Below are positions 47,925-58,652 of a stretch of DNA of 64,000 nt, piece after piece; the first letter of the stretch is position 1, and each line of letters begins with the position of its first letter. This stretch comes from Candidatus Latescibacterota bacterium (lineage in GTDB: Bacteria > Latescibacterota > UBA2968 > SICM01). The stretch lies in assembly GCA_965217865.1 (NCBI GenBank), contig CBDCJO010000002.1, forward strand, positions 5,376,001 through 5,440,000, written 5' to 3'. The notes under the pieces are model-generated. The model saw nothing but the letters and a program-made list of their open reading frames with translations, made no database searches and was not told the DNA's origin. Made by a program: the position numbers and the translations under genes.

Positions 47925-49292
47925 TTAATTGTCCTCCGCTCCTGCTGCGATCCAGCGCCGGATCGTCTCAATGTCCTCATCGGGCAGGACTCCGCCTAGG
48001 GGCATCCGAGAACCGATCCCGGGCGCTCCTTCAAGTTTTTGAATGATCAGACTGTTTTCAGGTTCCCCGGGGTTGACCCGGTTCACCGCGGGTTTTATTT
48101 GACTCGGAACGTCGACCAGGTTGCCGTAAGACAATCCGGAGTCGAGTGCCATACCTCCCTGGGGATTGGGCGAGGCGTGGCAACCGACGAAGGCACAGTT
48201 CACATCGAAGATCGGCTGTATATCCAGACTGAAAAAGATCGGAGGGATATACCGGAAGGTGGTCCGGTCGCCCTCTCCGGCCATGAGGACCCCGCCTTTG
48301 AGACTCTGTACCCCGCTCACGATCACGATATAGGTGGTATCAGGAACCTGAGGCGTCGTGGTCAATCGGACAACATCCGGAGCATCGATAGAGACGTCCA
48401 GAACAATTAATCCCGAAATGTCATAAAGTTCGATCTTTGACGCCGAGGAAGGCTCCAGTGGCTCGCTGAACAGGAGATCGATCGTGATGTTGTCTATCGA
48501 TGTGGCTTTGACCACCTGAAGTATCGTTGGCACAAATCGAAACCCTGCAGGTCCCTCTTCTCTTCTAGAGTTATATATGGAGAGTGCATAGTCCACGCCG
48601 GGTTGTTGGGGGGATGTGGTTAACAGGACGGTTTCCAGCCCGCTTATTGATGCGGACAGGACCTCCAGGCCCCCGGTCACCGAGTAACGACGCGCAAGCT
48701 CGGGGACCGTACCGGCAACCAGATCCCTGAACGTCACCTCAACGGTCTGAACGTCCAGGGAGATCGCCACGTGCATTGGAGGCATAGGCGGAATGTTGGT
48801 TTTCCGCGCGCCAGTAGCGATCCACTCCCGGAAAAGGGAGATCTCCTGATCACTGAGAGGCGCCCCGTCCACAACAAGCCCCTCCCGAAGCGACGCGGGC
48901 ATCCTTCGGCCGAAGCGTTTCTCCGAAGCGGGCGGTTTCGTCTCGATCTTCCAGATCAACAGGCTGTCATCGGGCTTGCCGGGCAGGACCAGCGGCCCGT
49001 TCTTGCTGCCGTCCAGGCCGAACATGGATTCATATGCACGATCCACGGTCAGGATCAACCCCGTCTCCCTTACACCGATCTGGGGACCCAGGGAAAGATC
49101 TACCTCGTGACATCCCGGGCCGCAGGATTGATTGAAAATCCGCTGGACATCCAGGTCGAAAAAGGCGGTCAGGGTACTCTCCCCCAGTTCAAACGGAACG
49201 CGCTCGAACGATACCGGGTTGTTCAGGGAGGCGCACGTCAAAAAGAGTGTCCCGCAGGTCACGATGATTAATTTGCACTTTTCGTTCTGCAA
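47925..49292 (-). CDS. Lipoprotein with two cytochrome c-like domains and Ig-like repeats
   Basis: Lipobox FLTC; CGPGCH...RMP and CAFVGCH...RMP domains (PGxPxxSLxIxK, I..WI..GA); two beta-sandwich repeats (LTTSPQQPG / LTTTPQVPD). Confidence 0.75.
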   Translation of the reverse strand: MQNEKCKLIIVTCGTLFLTCASLNNPVSFERVPFELGESTLTAFFDLDVQRIFNQSCGPGCHEVDLSLGPQIGVRETGLILTVDRAYESMFGLDGSKNGPLVLPGKPDDSLLIWKIETKPPASEKRFGRRMPASLREGLVVDGAPLSDQEISLFREWIATGARKTNIPPMPPMHVAISLDVQTVEVTFRDLVAGTVPELARRYSVTGGLEVLSASISGLETVLLTTSPQQPGVDYALSIYNSRREEGPAGFRFVPTILQVVKATSIDNITIDLLFSEPLEPSSASKIELYDISGLIVLDVSIDAPDVVRLTTTPQVPDTTYIVIVSGVQSLKGGVLMAGEGDRTTFRYIPPIFFSLDIQPIFDVNCAFVGCHASPNPQGGMALDSGLSYGNLVDVPSQIKPAVNRVNPGEPENSLIIQKLEGAPGIGSRMPLGGVLPDEDIETIRRWIAAGAEDN

Positions 49293-49314
49293 TCTGCAAT
49301 TTCCTTTTTATCTC

Positions 49315-50498
49315 TTATTTCGCCCCGTGACAATAACCGCAAAACCTCAACCCGGCCTGCCGGTAATCCACGTGGCAAAGATAGCAGACCGCCCCGGGAT
49401 CGTTGTGAAAATCCCAGTCGTCGTCCCTCCCTGCATAACGGTCGTGTGTCCTCGGATCGGTGTTAGGAACACCGTCGAAGTCCACGTGGCACTGAAGGCA
49501 TGAGGGGTCCGATCCCTCGGCATCGTGGCAGGGCATACAGCGTTCATATCCCGCCTTGCCCACTCGGCATGACGCCCCCCGTTCCCCACCCTGCCCAAGG
49601 TCCACGGACCACCGACATCACCGTGCCAGACCGGCTTGAGTCGCCGGTCATCCGCCCCCATCGCCCGGTGGCAGTCTGCGCAGAAGGCCTGGTTGTCATG
49701 ACAGGTCGCGCACTGCCGTTCTTTCCCGACCGCATCGAGGGGATGGGTGAAACGGTAGTTGAGCTCGTGCTGGCGCTGGATGACCTGCGTTACCCGGCCG
49801 CGATCCTGATGTTCCCGTGGTGCGGCTCGATCCATGGGTGATTCCAGGAGGGCCAGTCGGGCTCCCATATGACATTCCTCGCAGTAATTCTCCTCGTGGC
49901 ATTTTGCGCAGGGCATGGACTCTGACCGGGCATGCTCTTTGTGTTCGAGAATAAAATCGTCACGATGGGTATCCGGCCGGATAACCTCCACCTTTGGGTG
50001 ACAGTTTTCGCAATCGAAAGGGGCTTCCAGATTGTTGTGACATGCAAGGCAGTCTTCCATCCCGGGCCAGTTTACCCTTGAGGCATAGTCGGTTTGATCC
50101 ATCCCGATATGGCAATCCACGCAGGTCATCCCCAACTTTTCAAGGTGGAACCGGTGCGGAAAGTCGATGACCCGCTCCGGGTTCTTGAAGTCCACGAGAC
50201 GCGCCATGTCTTTATGGCACTTTTCGCAGTCGGACCTATCCTTCACATCGTGACAATCCGCACAAGCCGCCTTGCTCGGAAGTATCCGGTCCGCTGCCCG
50301 GTCGCTCTTCGGAGCCTCGGTGTGACAGTCTGTGCAGACCGCCCCGATCACGTCGATGTGGTAATTGTGGGAAAAATGGATCAGCTGGCTGCGGTCCTCC
50401 TCCGGGATGGTGATGGGTGGCACCTCCCGAGAGGAAGGCAATCCCACAAAACCCAGGAAAGACAGCGTTGAAAGGAAGGCTAAAAGTCTGGTTCTCAT
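49315..50498 (-). CDS. Multiheme c-type cytochrome (14 CxxCH) with one frameshift near 49545
   Basis: 10 CxxCH in ORF 49347-50540 plus 4 in ORF 49315-49605; joins as WARRDM-ERCMPCH; signal peptide. Confidence 0.85.
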
Positions 50499-51852
50499 TG
50501 GGGTCCACCAAGTCGAGTCCTTCCTGAGTGGAAGAACCACGTACTTGCCCGGAAGAAGAAGCGACGGTCGTGCTGAAATCCGGTGAAAGGGTTCAGTCTT
50601 GTCGGTGTCTTGAGATTCTGAGCCATGTCCTGGCCTTCAAGGCTGATCGAGAGGTATTTAACGGGACGGTAGTGAAGACCGAGCGTGGAGCTGAACGCGG
50701 TACTCCGGTCCCCGATCCCATCTTCATAAAGGAAGGACGAGAAATGAACCCCTGCATTGACCCACAAAAAACCGTTCATTCGTTTCCGGATATCAGCCCC
50801 GAATCCGTCCGAAATCCCGCCATACCCTCTCCTCCCGCTGTAGGTCATGTAACCGTTAAGGACACCAACCCCCCCACTTATCCGGTGCCCGCTCCGCCCG
50901 TCGAAGGAAAGGTTCGTGAAACCGCCGAAAAGGCTAAAAAATCGGTTGAATCGATAGTCGCCCCGCCATGAAATCTCGTGATTCGCACGCTGGGTGAAGA
51001 TGCTGAAGATGCTGTAAGCAGGGGTCCATGGGGTCCGATATAAGTAGTTCCCGGAGAGGGTCAAACCTTCGACGTCGTAACGGAGAGTCACCTCACCTCG
51101 ACGGACTTCGACGCCCGCGGAAGTGCTCAGGTCTAAACGCCCGTAGAGGGATCCCGAAGAAAAGGTATGCCGCAAGTCCATCCCCAGCATCTGCTGCTCC
51201 AGAGAATTGGGACGGACCTGGAAAGTCCCGTTTTGGATCGTTCGGTCCAACCACAAAGAATCGGGATAGATTTCCCCTGCTTTGCTGAAGTACGGCTTCA
51301 CCCGTTTCGTTCGACGGTAGAAGCTGAAGCCAGCTGTCAATCTGGGAATTTTCGACGAGAGCAGATGGAATCCCATCATGTGGCCTTCATCCCAGCTGTT
51401 GATCAACCCGGAACGCCCCAAGGGGGCCAGTGTTCCGGCGTAAAGATCCAGCTTGGCGAAGTCTCGAAATCTGACGGAAACCCTTCCTCCATCGAGGGTA
51501 CCGATTCCCACCCCGGCCGACACGAACTGACGGCCACCGGTCAGGGTGAGGGATTCCCCTGCCCAGCGGAAGAGGGCGTGTCGTAAGCGGTTGGATGGGT
51601 CGTTTCCAGCCGATCGAGGATATTCAGGGAGGTTCTAAGGGAGGTTTGAAAGGAGAGTCGAGGGGAGCCGAGGCCCCGCAGGGTCAGTGAACCGCTCTGG
51701 TAGAGCCGAAACTGGCCCGAGTCCAGGGAGTCCGGGACCTCCCGCTCGAAGGTGTGGGCGGCCGTGCTGAAGCGGCCGGATAGGCTAACGGCTTCTGCAC
51801 GAAAAATAATTGTAACGAATAGTGCCGGAAGAAGATAGGAGAAGGTTCTCAT
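50495..51852 (-). CDS. Outer-membrane beta-barrel (cytochrome-associated porin) with one frameshift near 51590
   Basis: Signal peptide, alternating beta-strand pattern, LTLTGGRQFV, C-terminal FFFRASTWFF; ATGA overlap with the cytochrome gene. Confidence 0.65.
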
Positions 51853-51883
51853 CTAATCTACGAGGATCATGAGATGCCTGCCT

Positions 51884-52240
51884 CTATACATTAGCATCCA
51901 TACGACGAAGCCTTTCGGTCAACATGCGCATCATCTGAAGGGAGAATTGGGGAAACTGTTGTATTAAGTATAGAAATCGGTTCTCATCCACCGGCGCCAA
52001 CCTGCAAGGGATCGACGCAACCGCAGTGGCACTCCGGGGTTTCGAGTCGATCAGTGCCATCTCGCCGAAGATTTCCCCTTGTTTGGCCATGTAGATGGAT
52101 TGATCTCCTACTCGTATATCCACCTCTCCTTCCAGTATGACATACATGATCTTGCCTGGCTCCCCCTCTTGGAATATCATCTCCCCGGCCGGAGACTTTA
52201 ATACGTTCACATCGTGCTTGAATAGACTTATTAGATTCAC
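51884..52240 (-). CDS. Cyclic nucleotide-binding domain protein
   Basis: IFQEGEPG, MYVILEGEV, FGEMALID..PRSATA. Confidence 0.9.
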   Translation of the reverse strand: MNLISLFKHDVNVLKSPAGEMIFQEGEPGKIMYVILEGEVDIRVGDQSIYMAKQGEIFGEMALIDSKPRSATAVASIPCRLAPVDENRFLYLIQQFPQFSLQMMRMLTERLRRMDANV

Positions 52241-52562
52241 TTTTTAGACCCCCTCCTTATTTGCGAACTGGCAATTATCTCTGAACGGCCCTAGGGGAGA
52301 TCGGCCGCTATCCGGATAGTTCCAGGACGCGTATTTCCTAAGTTAACGTTATAATAAGCACATATCCACCATTCGTCAAGGCTAAAGCTGGGATGAGGTC
52401 TGTGACCGGTCGGGTAATAATGCGGGGACGGGAGTTCAACAGGTTGCCATACTCAGTTATTCCTTGCGTGTATGATTCTGTATCTTATCTTTTAGGCGAT
52501 CCCTTGGATCGAAAGAAATTGGATGTTTTCCAAACCTGAATCCGAACGAAGGGAATCGCCCA

Positions 52563-53219
52563 ATGAGAAAAGGCGCGTGGTTGTTCGCGTTCGGAGCCAT
52601 GACCCTGGTCATCGTTGCTCCAGGGATCTCCGCACAGGCCCGAATGGAAGCGGTTGGAGAGATCGGCGGGGGGATCTTTCTTCCCACGGGATCCGATGGC
52701 GATATCGCCAAACCGAGCCCTGCGCTTCAGTTTGTTGCGGGGATTGGATTATTCCCCCATTTTGGTGTAGAGGCTGAAGTCATCTACGTCCCCATTCTCT
52801 TGAAGGATCAAGCCTTCCCTTTGGACGACAACAGCCGCAGCAGTCAGGTATCGGTGGTTGCGGGCATTCGAGCGACCACAGGAAGACTTGTCGAAGGGGC
52901 TCCCGGAGTCGGTTACCTGTCGCTTCGGGCGGGATTTGCTCGGATCCAGACGCATACGGTATCTTCGATTCCATCCGGCTCCTGGATCGGAAGAACGGTA
53001 GACGCTATCGATAATCCTCCCCTCCAATCTCCTTTCAGAGGGTCCGAAAAACAAACCGGATTCGTCCTATCCCCCAAAGCGGGCGTCATAGTGCGCCTCT
53101 ACCACCGTACAGCAATCGATCTTGCCTTTCAGCCGATTTTCATCATCGACCGGGGAAAGACAACGACGCAACTCTTCCTGACCCTCAGTTTTGCCATGTC
53201 CGCCTGGGAAACCTTTTAA
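52563..53219 (+). CDS. Outer-membrane beta-barrel domain protein
   Basis: Signal peptide, amphipathic strands, terminal Phe. Confidence 0.55.
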   Translation: MRKGAWLFAFGAMTLVIVAPGISAQARMEAVGEIGGGIFLPTGSDGDIAKPSPALQFVAGIGLFPHFGVEAEVIYVPILLKDQAFPLDDNSRSSQVSVVAGIRATTGRLVEGAPGVGYLSLRAGFARIQTHTVSSIPSGSWIGRTVDAIDNPPLQSPFRGSEKQTGFVLSPKAGVIVRLYHRTAIDLAFQPIFIIDRGKTTTQLFLTLSFAMSAWETF

Positions 53220-54162
53220 GGTGGGGCTGAAGGACTGGACCGCCACCCTTCCTCGTCTCCTCGCGTGTCCACGTTGTTTTAACACCCTCTCTGAAGGTGA
53301 TTCCCCCGACTCCCTGAGTTGTCAAGTCGATGGCCTCACCTTTACCCGGCCCGGGGATATCTGGGACCTGATCGATCCGGAGCGCCGGGGTGCCCTGGAA
53401 CCCTTTATCTCCCACTATCAGACGGTCCGCCGGTTAGAAGGCTGGGGAAGCGATGACCCGGGGTATTATCGGGACCTTCCGTTTGGGGACAGGACAGGCC
53501 GCTTTTCCGAGATTTGGCGCATCAAGGCCAGGAGTTTCCGGTACTTAAAAGGTTTGCTGGGATCCCTCCAGCGTCCGGATGGTGAACCCCCTCGCATCCT
53601 TGACATTGGCGCTGGAAACGGATGGCTTTCTTATCGCCTGACGGAGATGGGATTTGACGTCTGCGCGATAGATCTCTCCGGAGATAGGACCGACGGTCTC
53701 GGTGCTGCAATCCATTATCCCCTCTCTTTTCCTCGCATCATAGCCGAATTTGAACGGTGGCCATTCATCGAAAAGGCCTTCGACGCGGCGGTCTCCGCCG
53801 CGAGCTTTCATTACGCGAGTGACGGTGAAGGGGCCATCGCCGCTGTTGCCCGGTCCATCTGCCCTGAAGGCCGCATCTACATTGTCGACACCCCCATCTA
53901 CCGATCTGCCGAGAGCGGTCGGAAGATGGTCGACGAGATGCGGGAAAACATGGTGGAAAAGTATGGTCTTGAATCCTGGGTACAACCCGGTCCCGGGTAC
54001 CTTACCTTCGAACGGATCCGGGAGTGGTCCTCAAAACTCGGCTATAAGGTCCGGCTCCACCGGCCTGCGTACGGCATTCGACTGCGGCTTCGACCGATCT
54101 TTGCCCGTATCCTGGGCCGACGGGAGCCGGCCAAGTTCGGGATTATTGAGTTGATCAAGTAG
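53191..54162 (+). CDS. Class I SAM-dependent methyltransferase with N-terminal Trm112-like Cys cluster
   Basis: LACPRC...LSC; ILDIGAGNGWLS; ASFHY; start uncertain. Confidence 0.8.
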   Translation: MPCPPGKPFKVGLKDWTATLPRLLACPRCFNTLSEGDSPDSLSCQVDGLTFTRPGDIWDLIDPERRGALEPFISHYQTVRRLEGWGSDDPGYYRDLPFGDRTGRFSEIWRIKARSFRYLKGLLGSLQRPDGEPPRILDIGAGNGWLSYRLTEMGFDVCAIDLSGDRTDGLGAAIHYPLSFPRIIAEFERWPFIEKAFDAAVSAASFHYASDGEGAIAAVARSICPEGRIYIVDTPIYRSAESGRKMVDEMRENMVEKYGLESWVQPGPGYLTFERIREWSSKLGYKVRLHRPAYGIRLRLRPIFARILGRREPAKFGIIELIK

Positions 54163-54187
54163 AAGTTCATGTTGGGAAAATCCAGCC

Positions 54188-55663
54188 ATGCCTGATAAAA
54201 AGGTCGTTCTCTTCTTCCCCTCCTACGCGAGTCAGGAGGCCTCCCCACCCCTTGCTCTAATCTCCATCGCAGGCCCCCTCGTCCAGGAGGGTTATCGTAT
54301 TGAGATCATCGATTCTGCCGTGGAACCGGACTATATTGGAAAGGTCCTAGCCCACCTAAAAGGCGCAATTTGCCTCGGGATCTCCCTGATCACCGGCCCG
54401 ATGATCAGGGATACGATCGAAGTAGGGAAGGCTGTAAAAGAGCGATATCCGAATCTCCCGATCATACTGGGAGGCTGGCACCCGTCCATCCTCCCGGAAC
54501 AAACGCTGAAAGCCCCTTTCGTAGACGCCGTCGTTCTCCGTCAGGGGGAGGTCATCTTCAAGGAACTGGTCAACAGGCTGGGGAACGGAGAGAGCCTTGA
54601 TGGGTTGAGCGGAGTACTCTACAAACAAAACGGAGAGATCGTCCACGGACCTCCACGGCCATATACCGGCGTCGCTCATCTTCCGGACCGGATGCCGGGC
54701 TACGACCTGATCGACTATGACCGATATGAAAAGATTACCCGGCTGCGTTGGGTCATGTACAGCACCAGCCACGGCTGCCCTTTCAACTGTTCCTATTGCT
54801 CAAATGCTTCGGTCTACGGCCGAAACCTGGATGTTTTGCCGGCCGAACAGGTCATCGATCAGGTCACGTACCTCGTTAGGAAGTTCGGCATCAACCTTCT
54901 GGGGATCATCGATGACATCTACTTCGCGTTTATGGATCGTTCCCTGCAGATCGCGGAGGGGTTCATCCGCTCCGGCCTGAAATTCCAGTGGTACATTCAG
55001 GACCGAGCAGACTCCTGGTCCCGGCTGACACCGGACCAGGCCAGGATCTACGCCCGATCCGGACTTTCTCGCGTCCACTTCGGGGCGGAATCCGGATCGG
55101 ACAGGGTCCTACACGGGATTGAGAAGAAGTCCGATGTGGCTCGCACCCTGGAGGCCGTGGACCGGTGCAAGGAAGCGGGAATCAGGGCCAGTTTCGGATT
55201 TATATTCGGCCTTCCCGATGAACAGGAAGAGGATCTGCGGATGACCGTGGATCTGATCCGGGAAATCCATAATCGTTACGATCGGACGGACTGTTATGCG
55301 AATATTTTTACCCCCTACCCGGGGTCCCCACTCTGGCCCCGGTCGATCGAACTCGGCCTGGATCCACCCAAAGCCCTCGAGGACTGGATCGATTTTTATC
55401 CCCGATTGACCGTCCTTCCATGGTTAAACGGCGCAGGACACAGACGTCTCCAGGCGGTTCGGCAATACCTTCGCTTCGGTTACCCCAATATCCGTGTGGG
55501 GGAGCAAATTCCCTCTTTGTGCCACCGCATGACCGTATCTCTGTTCGGTCCCTCCGCCCGTTGGCGGATCCGGCGCCATCGCTACGAAATTCCCTTGGAG
55601 ATCAGAGGCTATCAGGCCCTTCAGCGCCTGAAGTCCGGGTTCGGTGTCTATGACCGTTTTTGA
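54188..55663 (+). CDS. B12-binding radical SAM protein
   Basis: PPLAL, ILGGWHPS, GCPFNCSYC, FGAESGS, FTPYPGSPL. Confidence 0.92.
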   Translation: MPDKKVVLFFPSYASQEASPPLALISIAGPLVQEGYRIEIIDSAVEPDYIGKVLAHLKGAICLGISLITGPMIRDTIEVGKAVKERYPNLPIILGGWHPSILPEQTLKAPFVDAVVLRQGEVIFKELVNRLGNGESLDGLSGVLYKQNGEIVHGPPRPYTGVAHLPDRMPGYDLIDYDRYEKITRLRWVMYSTSHGCPFNCSYCSNASVYGRNLDVLPAEQVIDQVTYLVRKFGINLLGIIDDIYFAFMDRSLQIAEGFIRSGLKFQWYIQDRADSWSRLTPDQARIYARSGLSRVHFGAESGSDRVLHGIEKKSDVARTLEAVDRCKEAGIRASFGFIFGLPDEQEEDLRMTVDLIREIHNRYDRTDCYANIFTPYPGSPLWPRSIELGLDPPKALEDWIDFYPRLTVLPWLNGAGHRRLQAVRQYLRFGYPNIRVGEQIPSLCHRMTVSLFGPSARWRIRRHRYEIPLEIRGYQALQRLKSGFGVYDRF

Positions 55664-55727
55664 AACCCGCTATAGAAGATGAGTTGATCGGGAGGTTCGA
55701 GAACCGACCCTTCGAAAGGAGTCACCC

Positions 55728-56537
55728 ATGAACCGTCTTGATGGACAAACCGCTTGGATTAGCGGCGGGGCCTCTGGTATGGGAGAGGCCACGGCCGAAC
55801 TTTTCGCCTCGGAGGGGGCGAAGGTGGCGATCGTGGATATTCAGAAAGACCGCGGCCTTCGAGTTGTCGAAAGGATAGCCCGATCCGGTGGACAGGCTCT
55901 CTTCATGGAATGTGACGTTGCACAGGAGGATACGGTTCGGGAATCGATCGAAAAGACCGTGGCGAACTTCGGAGGATTGCAGATCGTCGTCAACTGTGCC
56001 GGGATCATAGACGTCGCCCTCCTGCACGAATATGCCGAGGCGGATTGGGACCGCTTGATGGCCGTCAACGTCAAGTCGATCTTCTTCTCGATCAAGCACG
56101 GACTTCCCCACCTGCGGAAAAACAAGCGAAGTTACGTTGTGAATATCGGCTCGATCGGCAGCTTCGTCGGACAGGGGTTGACCCCGGCCTACATCACCTC
56201 CAAACACGCGGTGCTCGGGTTGAGCCGTTCCATCGCGCTGGATTATGCGGCTGAAGGCCTTCGTTGTAACTGCGTCTGTCCCGGAATCACAGACACCCCG
56301 ATGCTCCGCTTTCACCTGAACCAGACTCCGGATCCAGAGGCCACCCTCAAGAAGCGGCTCCAGAGGGTACCGATCGGGGTCGTGATCAGTCCGAAGGATA
56401 TCGCCAAGGCTGCCCTCTACCTGTCCTGCGAAGACTCCACGGGAATCACCGGTACTTCGATGGTGATCGATGGGGGTTATATCACCCCCGCCGAATGGGA
56501 AACCCCTGAACACACCCGATTCATGGAGCCCTTGTGA
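55728..56537 (+). CDS. SDR family oxidoreductase
   Basis: SGGASGMG, NCAG, YITSK, CPGITDTPM. Confidence 0.92.
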   Translation: MNRLDGQTAWISGGASGMGEATAELFASEGAKVAIVDIQKDRGLRVVERIARSGGQALFMECDVAQEDTVRESIEKTVANFGGLQIVVNCAGIIDVALLHEYAEADWDRLMAVNVKSIFFSIKHGLPHLRKNKRSYVVNIGSIGSFVGQGLTPAYITSKHAVLGLSRSIALDYAAEGLRCNCVCPGITDTPMLRFHLNQTPDPEATLKKRLQRVPIGVVISPKDIAKAALYLSCEDSTGITGTSMVIDGGYITPAEWETPEHTRFMEPL

Positions 56538-57373
56538 GGCTCAAGCTCGCCTGCGCGGACTTTACTTTTCCCCTGTTGCCCCACGATGGATCCCTTCAAC
56601 TTATATCCTTGCTGGGATTCAAAGGCGTGGACATCGGACTTTTCGAGGAGCGGTCTCACCTCCGTCCATCGAGCGAGTTCAAAAACGTGAGGCGATCGGC
56701 ACGCCGGTTGAGGAAAGGGTTGGAAGATCGTGGCCTTGTCGCCACCGATGTCTTTCTCCAAATGGGGGCTGACTTCATTCCATACGCCGTTAATCACCCC
56801 CAGGCCTCACGGAGGCGAAAAGCCCGCGACTGGTTCCTCAGGACCCTCGAATATGCGGAGGTCTGTGGTTGTAAACACGTCACGAGTCTCCCCGGCGCGA
56901 AATTCGAAGAGGAGCGGAACGCCGATTCTTTCGCCCGCGCCGTGGACGAACTGAATTGGCGGGTGGAACAGGCACGCCGGCACAAGCTCGTTTTCGGCGT
57001 TGAAGCCCACATCGGCTCCATCGTTCCCCGTCCGAAGTCGGCCGAGCGGCTCCTGAAGCTTGTAGAAGGCCTTACCCTGACGCTGGACTATACCCACTTC
57101 AGACGGATCGGCCTGCCGGACGCATCCGTTGAACCCCTTGTCAAATACGCAAGCCACGTACACATTCGGGGGGGCCGAAGGGGTCGGCTTCAGGAGGACT
57201 TTACGCGAAACACAATAGATTACAAGCGAGTGTTCAAGGCCTTGCAGACAATCGGATACAGGGGATGGATCGGAATCGAGTACGTCTGGACAGCCTGGGA
57301 GCGGTGCAACGAGTGTGATAACCTCTCGGAGACCGTGCGATTCCGAGACTTTTTCAGATCGCTGGCAAGATAG
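56534..57373 (+). CDS. Sugar phosphate isomerase/epimerase family protein
   Basis: VEAHIGS, LTLDYTHF, HVHIR, GWIGIEY. Confidence 0.8.
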   Translation: MRLKLACADFTFPLLPHDGSLQLISLLGFKGVDIGLFEERSHLRPSSEFKNVRRSARRLRKGLEDRGLVATDVFLQMGADFIPYAVNHPQASRRRKARDWFLRTLEYAEVCGCKHVTSLPGAKFEEERNADSFARAVDELNWRVEQARRHKLVFGVEAHIGSIVPRPKSAERLLKLVEGLTLTLDYTHFRRIGLPDASVEPLVKYASHVHIRGGRRGRLQEDFTRNTIDYKRVFKALQTIGYRGWIGIEYVWTAWERCNECDNLSETVRFRDFFRSLAR

Positions 57374-57447
57374 TGGGTTTGGAAAACAGTCAACCATCCG
57401 CACCCTGGTTGCGCGGGGGAATGGATGTCTGAGCTGAAAAAATCAAC

Positions 57448-58593
57448 GTGAAGATTACTCAGGTAGAAACCCTTTGCCTATCCAGAATCCACGAACCGGA
57501 TCGGCAGTGGTTCACCGGCCGCTCGCGTACGGTCAAAGCGGACTGCGCCATCGTCCTGATCCACACCGACGAGGAAGTCGTGGGCGTCGGCGAAGCCTGT
57601 GCATACGGAGGCCCCGCCAGAATTCGAGAGTGGGTCTCCTGGCTGAGCACTGATCTTATCGGCAGAGATCCCCGCAATCCGGATACTTTCCCCCACCCCA
57701 ACGGTCGGTCCCGGTCGTATGATTGCGCGGTCGGAGGGATCGATTCGGCACTCTGGGACCTGAAAGGGAAATTTGCCGGGGTGCGTGTCAGCGAGTTGAT
57801 GGCTGAAAATCCTCCCCCTCGCGTGCGTCTCTACGCCTCCAGCGGATGTCGATACGACTGGCGAGACCGTCCCGAATCTCTGATCGACGAAACCCTGGGG
57901 TATCTGAATGACGGTTACACCGCTTGTAAAATCCGCATCGGCACGGAATGGTCCTGGGACAACGTCACGGTTGACCGATTCCTGGGGCTGATTCGGGAAC
58001 TTGCGCAGGCCGTTAACACCAGGATGGATCTGATGCTGGACGGGAACCAGCGTCTGGATGAAGATTCCTCCCTAACAATCGCAAAGGAACTCGATCGACT
58101 GAATTTCGCCTGGTTCGAAGAGCCCATTCCTCAGATTGATTTAGACGGTTACGCCCGGCTTAACGCCTCAGTGAAAATGCCAATCACAGGTGGAGAACAG
58201 TGGACAACACTGGAGCAGTTCCGCCCCTACTTGGAACGGGACGCCTATGCCATCGTACAGCCGGATGTAGGCTGGTGCGGGATCACGGAGGCAAAGCGGA
58301 TCGGAGAAATGGCCCGCCGATACGAGATCGATCTCTGCCCTCACAGCTGGCACAACGGCTTGATGGCCATGGCCAATGCGCATCTGGTCGCTTCCCTCCC
58401 AGTTCCACGAGTTTTGGAACTTTGCATGGTCCAGGGTCCCCTCCAGTGGCAGATCCTTTCGGATAAACCAAAAATTCAAGATGGCTGGTTGGAGCTCCCG
58501 GACAAGCCAGGACTGGGGGTAGCACTCGCGGAGGGATTGGAGGAACGATTTCCCTACATCGAGGGACACTATGCGATTGAGGTGGAGAGGTAA
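57448..58593 (+). CDS. Mandelate racemase/muconate lactonizing enzyme family protein
   Basis: GIDSALWDLKGK, KIR, LDGNQ, WFEEP, GGEQ, QPDV, PHSWH, PGLGV. Confidence 0.92.
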   Translation: MKITQVETLCLSRIHEPDRQWFTGRSRTVKADCAIVLIHTDEEVVGVGEACAYGGPARIREWVSWLSTDLIGRDPRNPDTFPHPNGRSRSYDCAVGGIDSALWDLKGKFAGVRVSELMAENPPPRVRLYASSGCRYDWRDRPESLIDETLGYLNDGYTACKIRIGTEWSWDNVTVDRFLGLIRELAQAVNTRMDLMLDGNQRLDEDSSLTIAKELDRLNFAWFEEPIPQIDLDGYARLNASVKMPITGGEQWTTLEQFRPYLERDAYAIVQPDVGWCGITEAKRIGEMARRYEIDLCPHSWHNGLMAMANAHLVASLPVPRVLELCMVQGPLQWQILSDKPKIQDGWLELPDKPGLGVALAEGLEERFPYIEGHYAIEVER

Positions 58594-58652
58594 GGAAAAT
58601 GGAAGGAATAAATCGGCACACGAAAACAAGAATGAAGGATGGTTAAAATTTT

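Noticed and set aside
52240-52560. RiPP precursor peptide for the radical SAM pair
   Set aside because: No small ORF with an RBS and precursor-like composition; the enzymes lack RRE or SPASM features.
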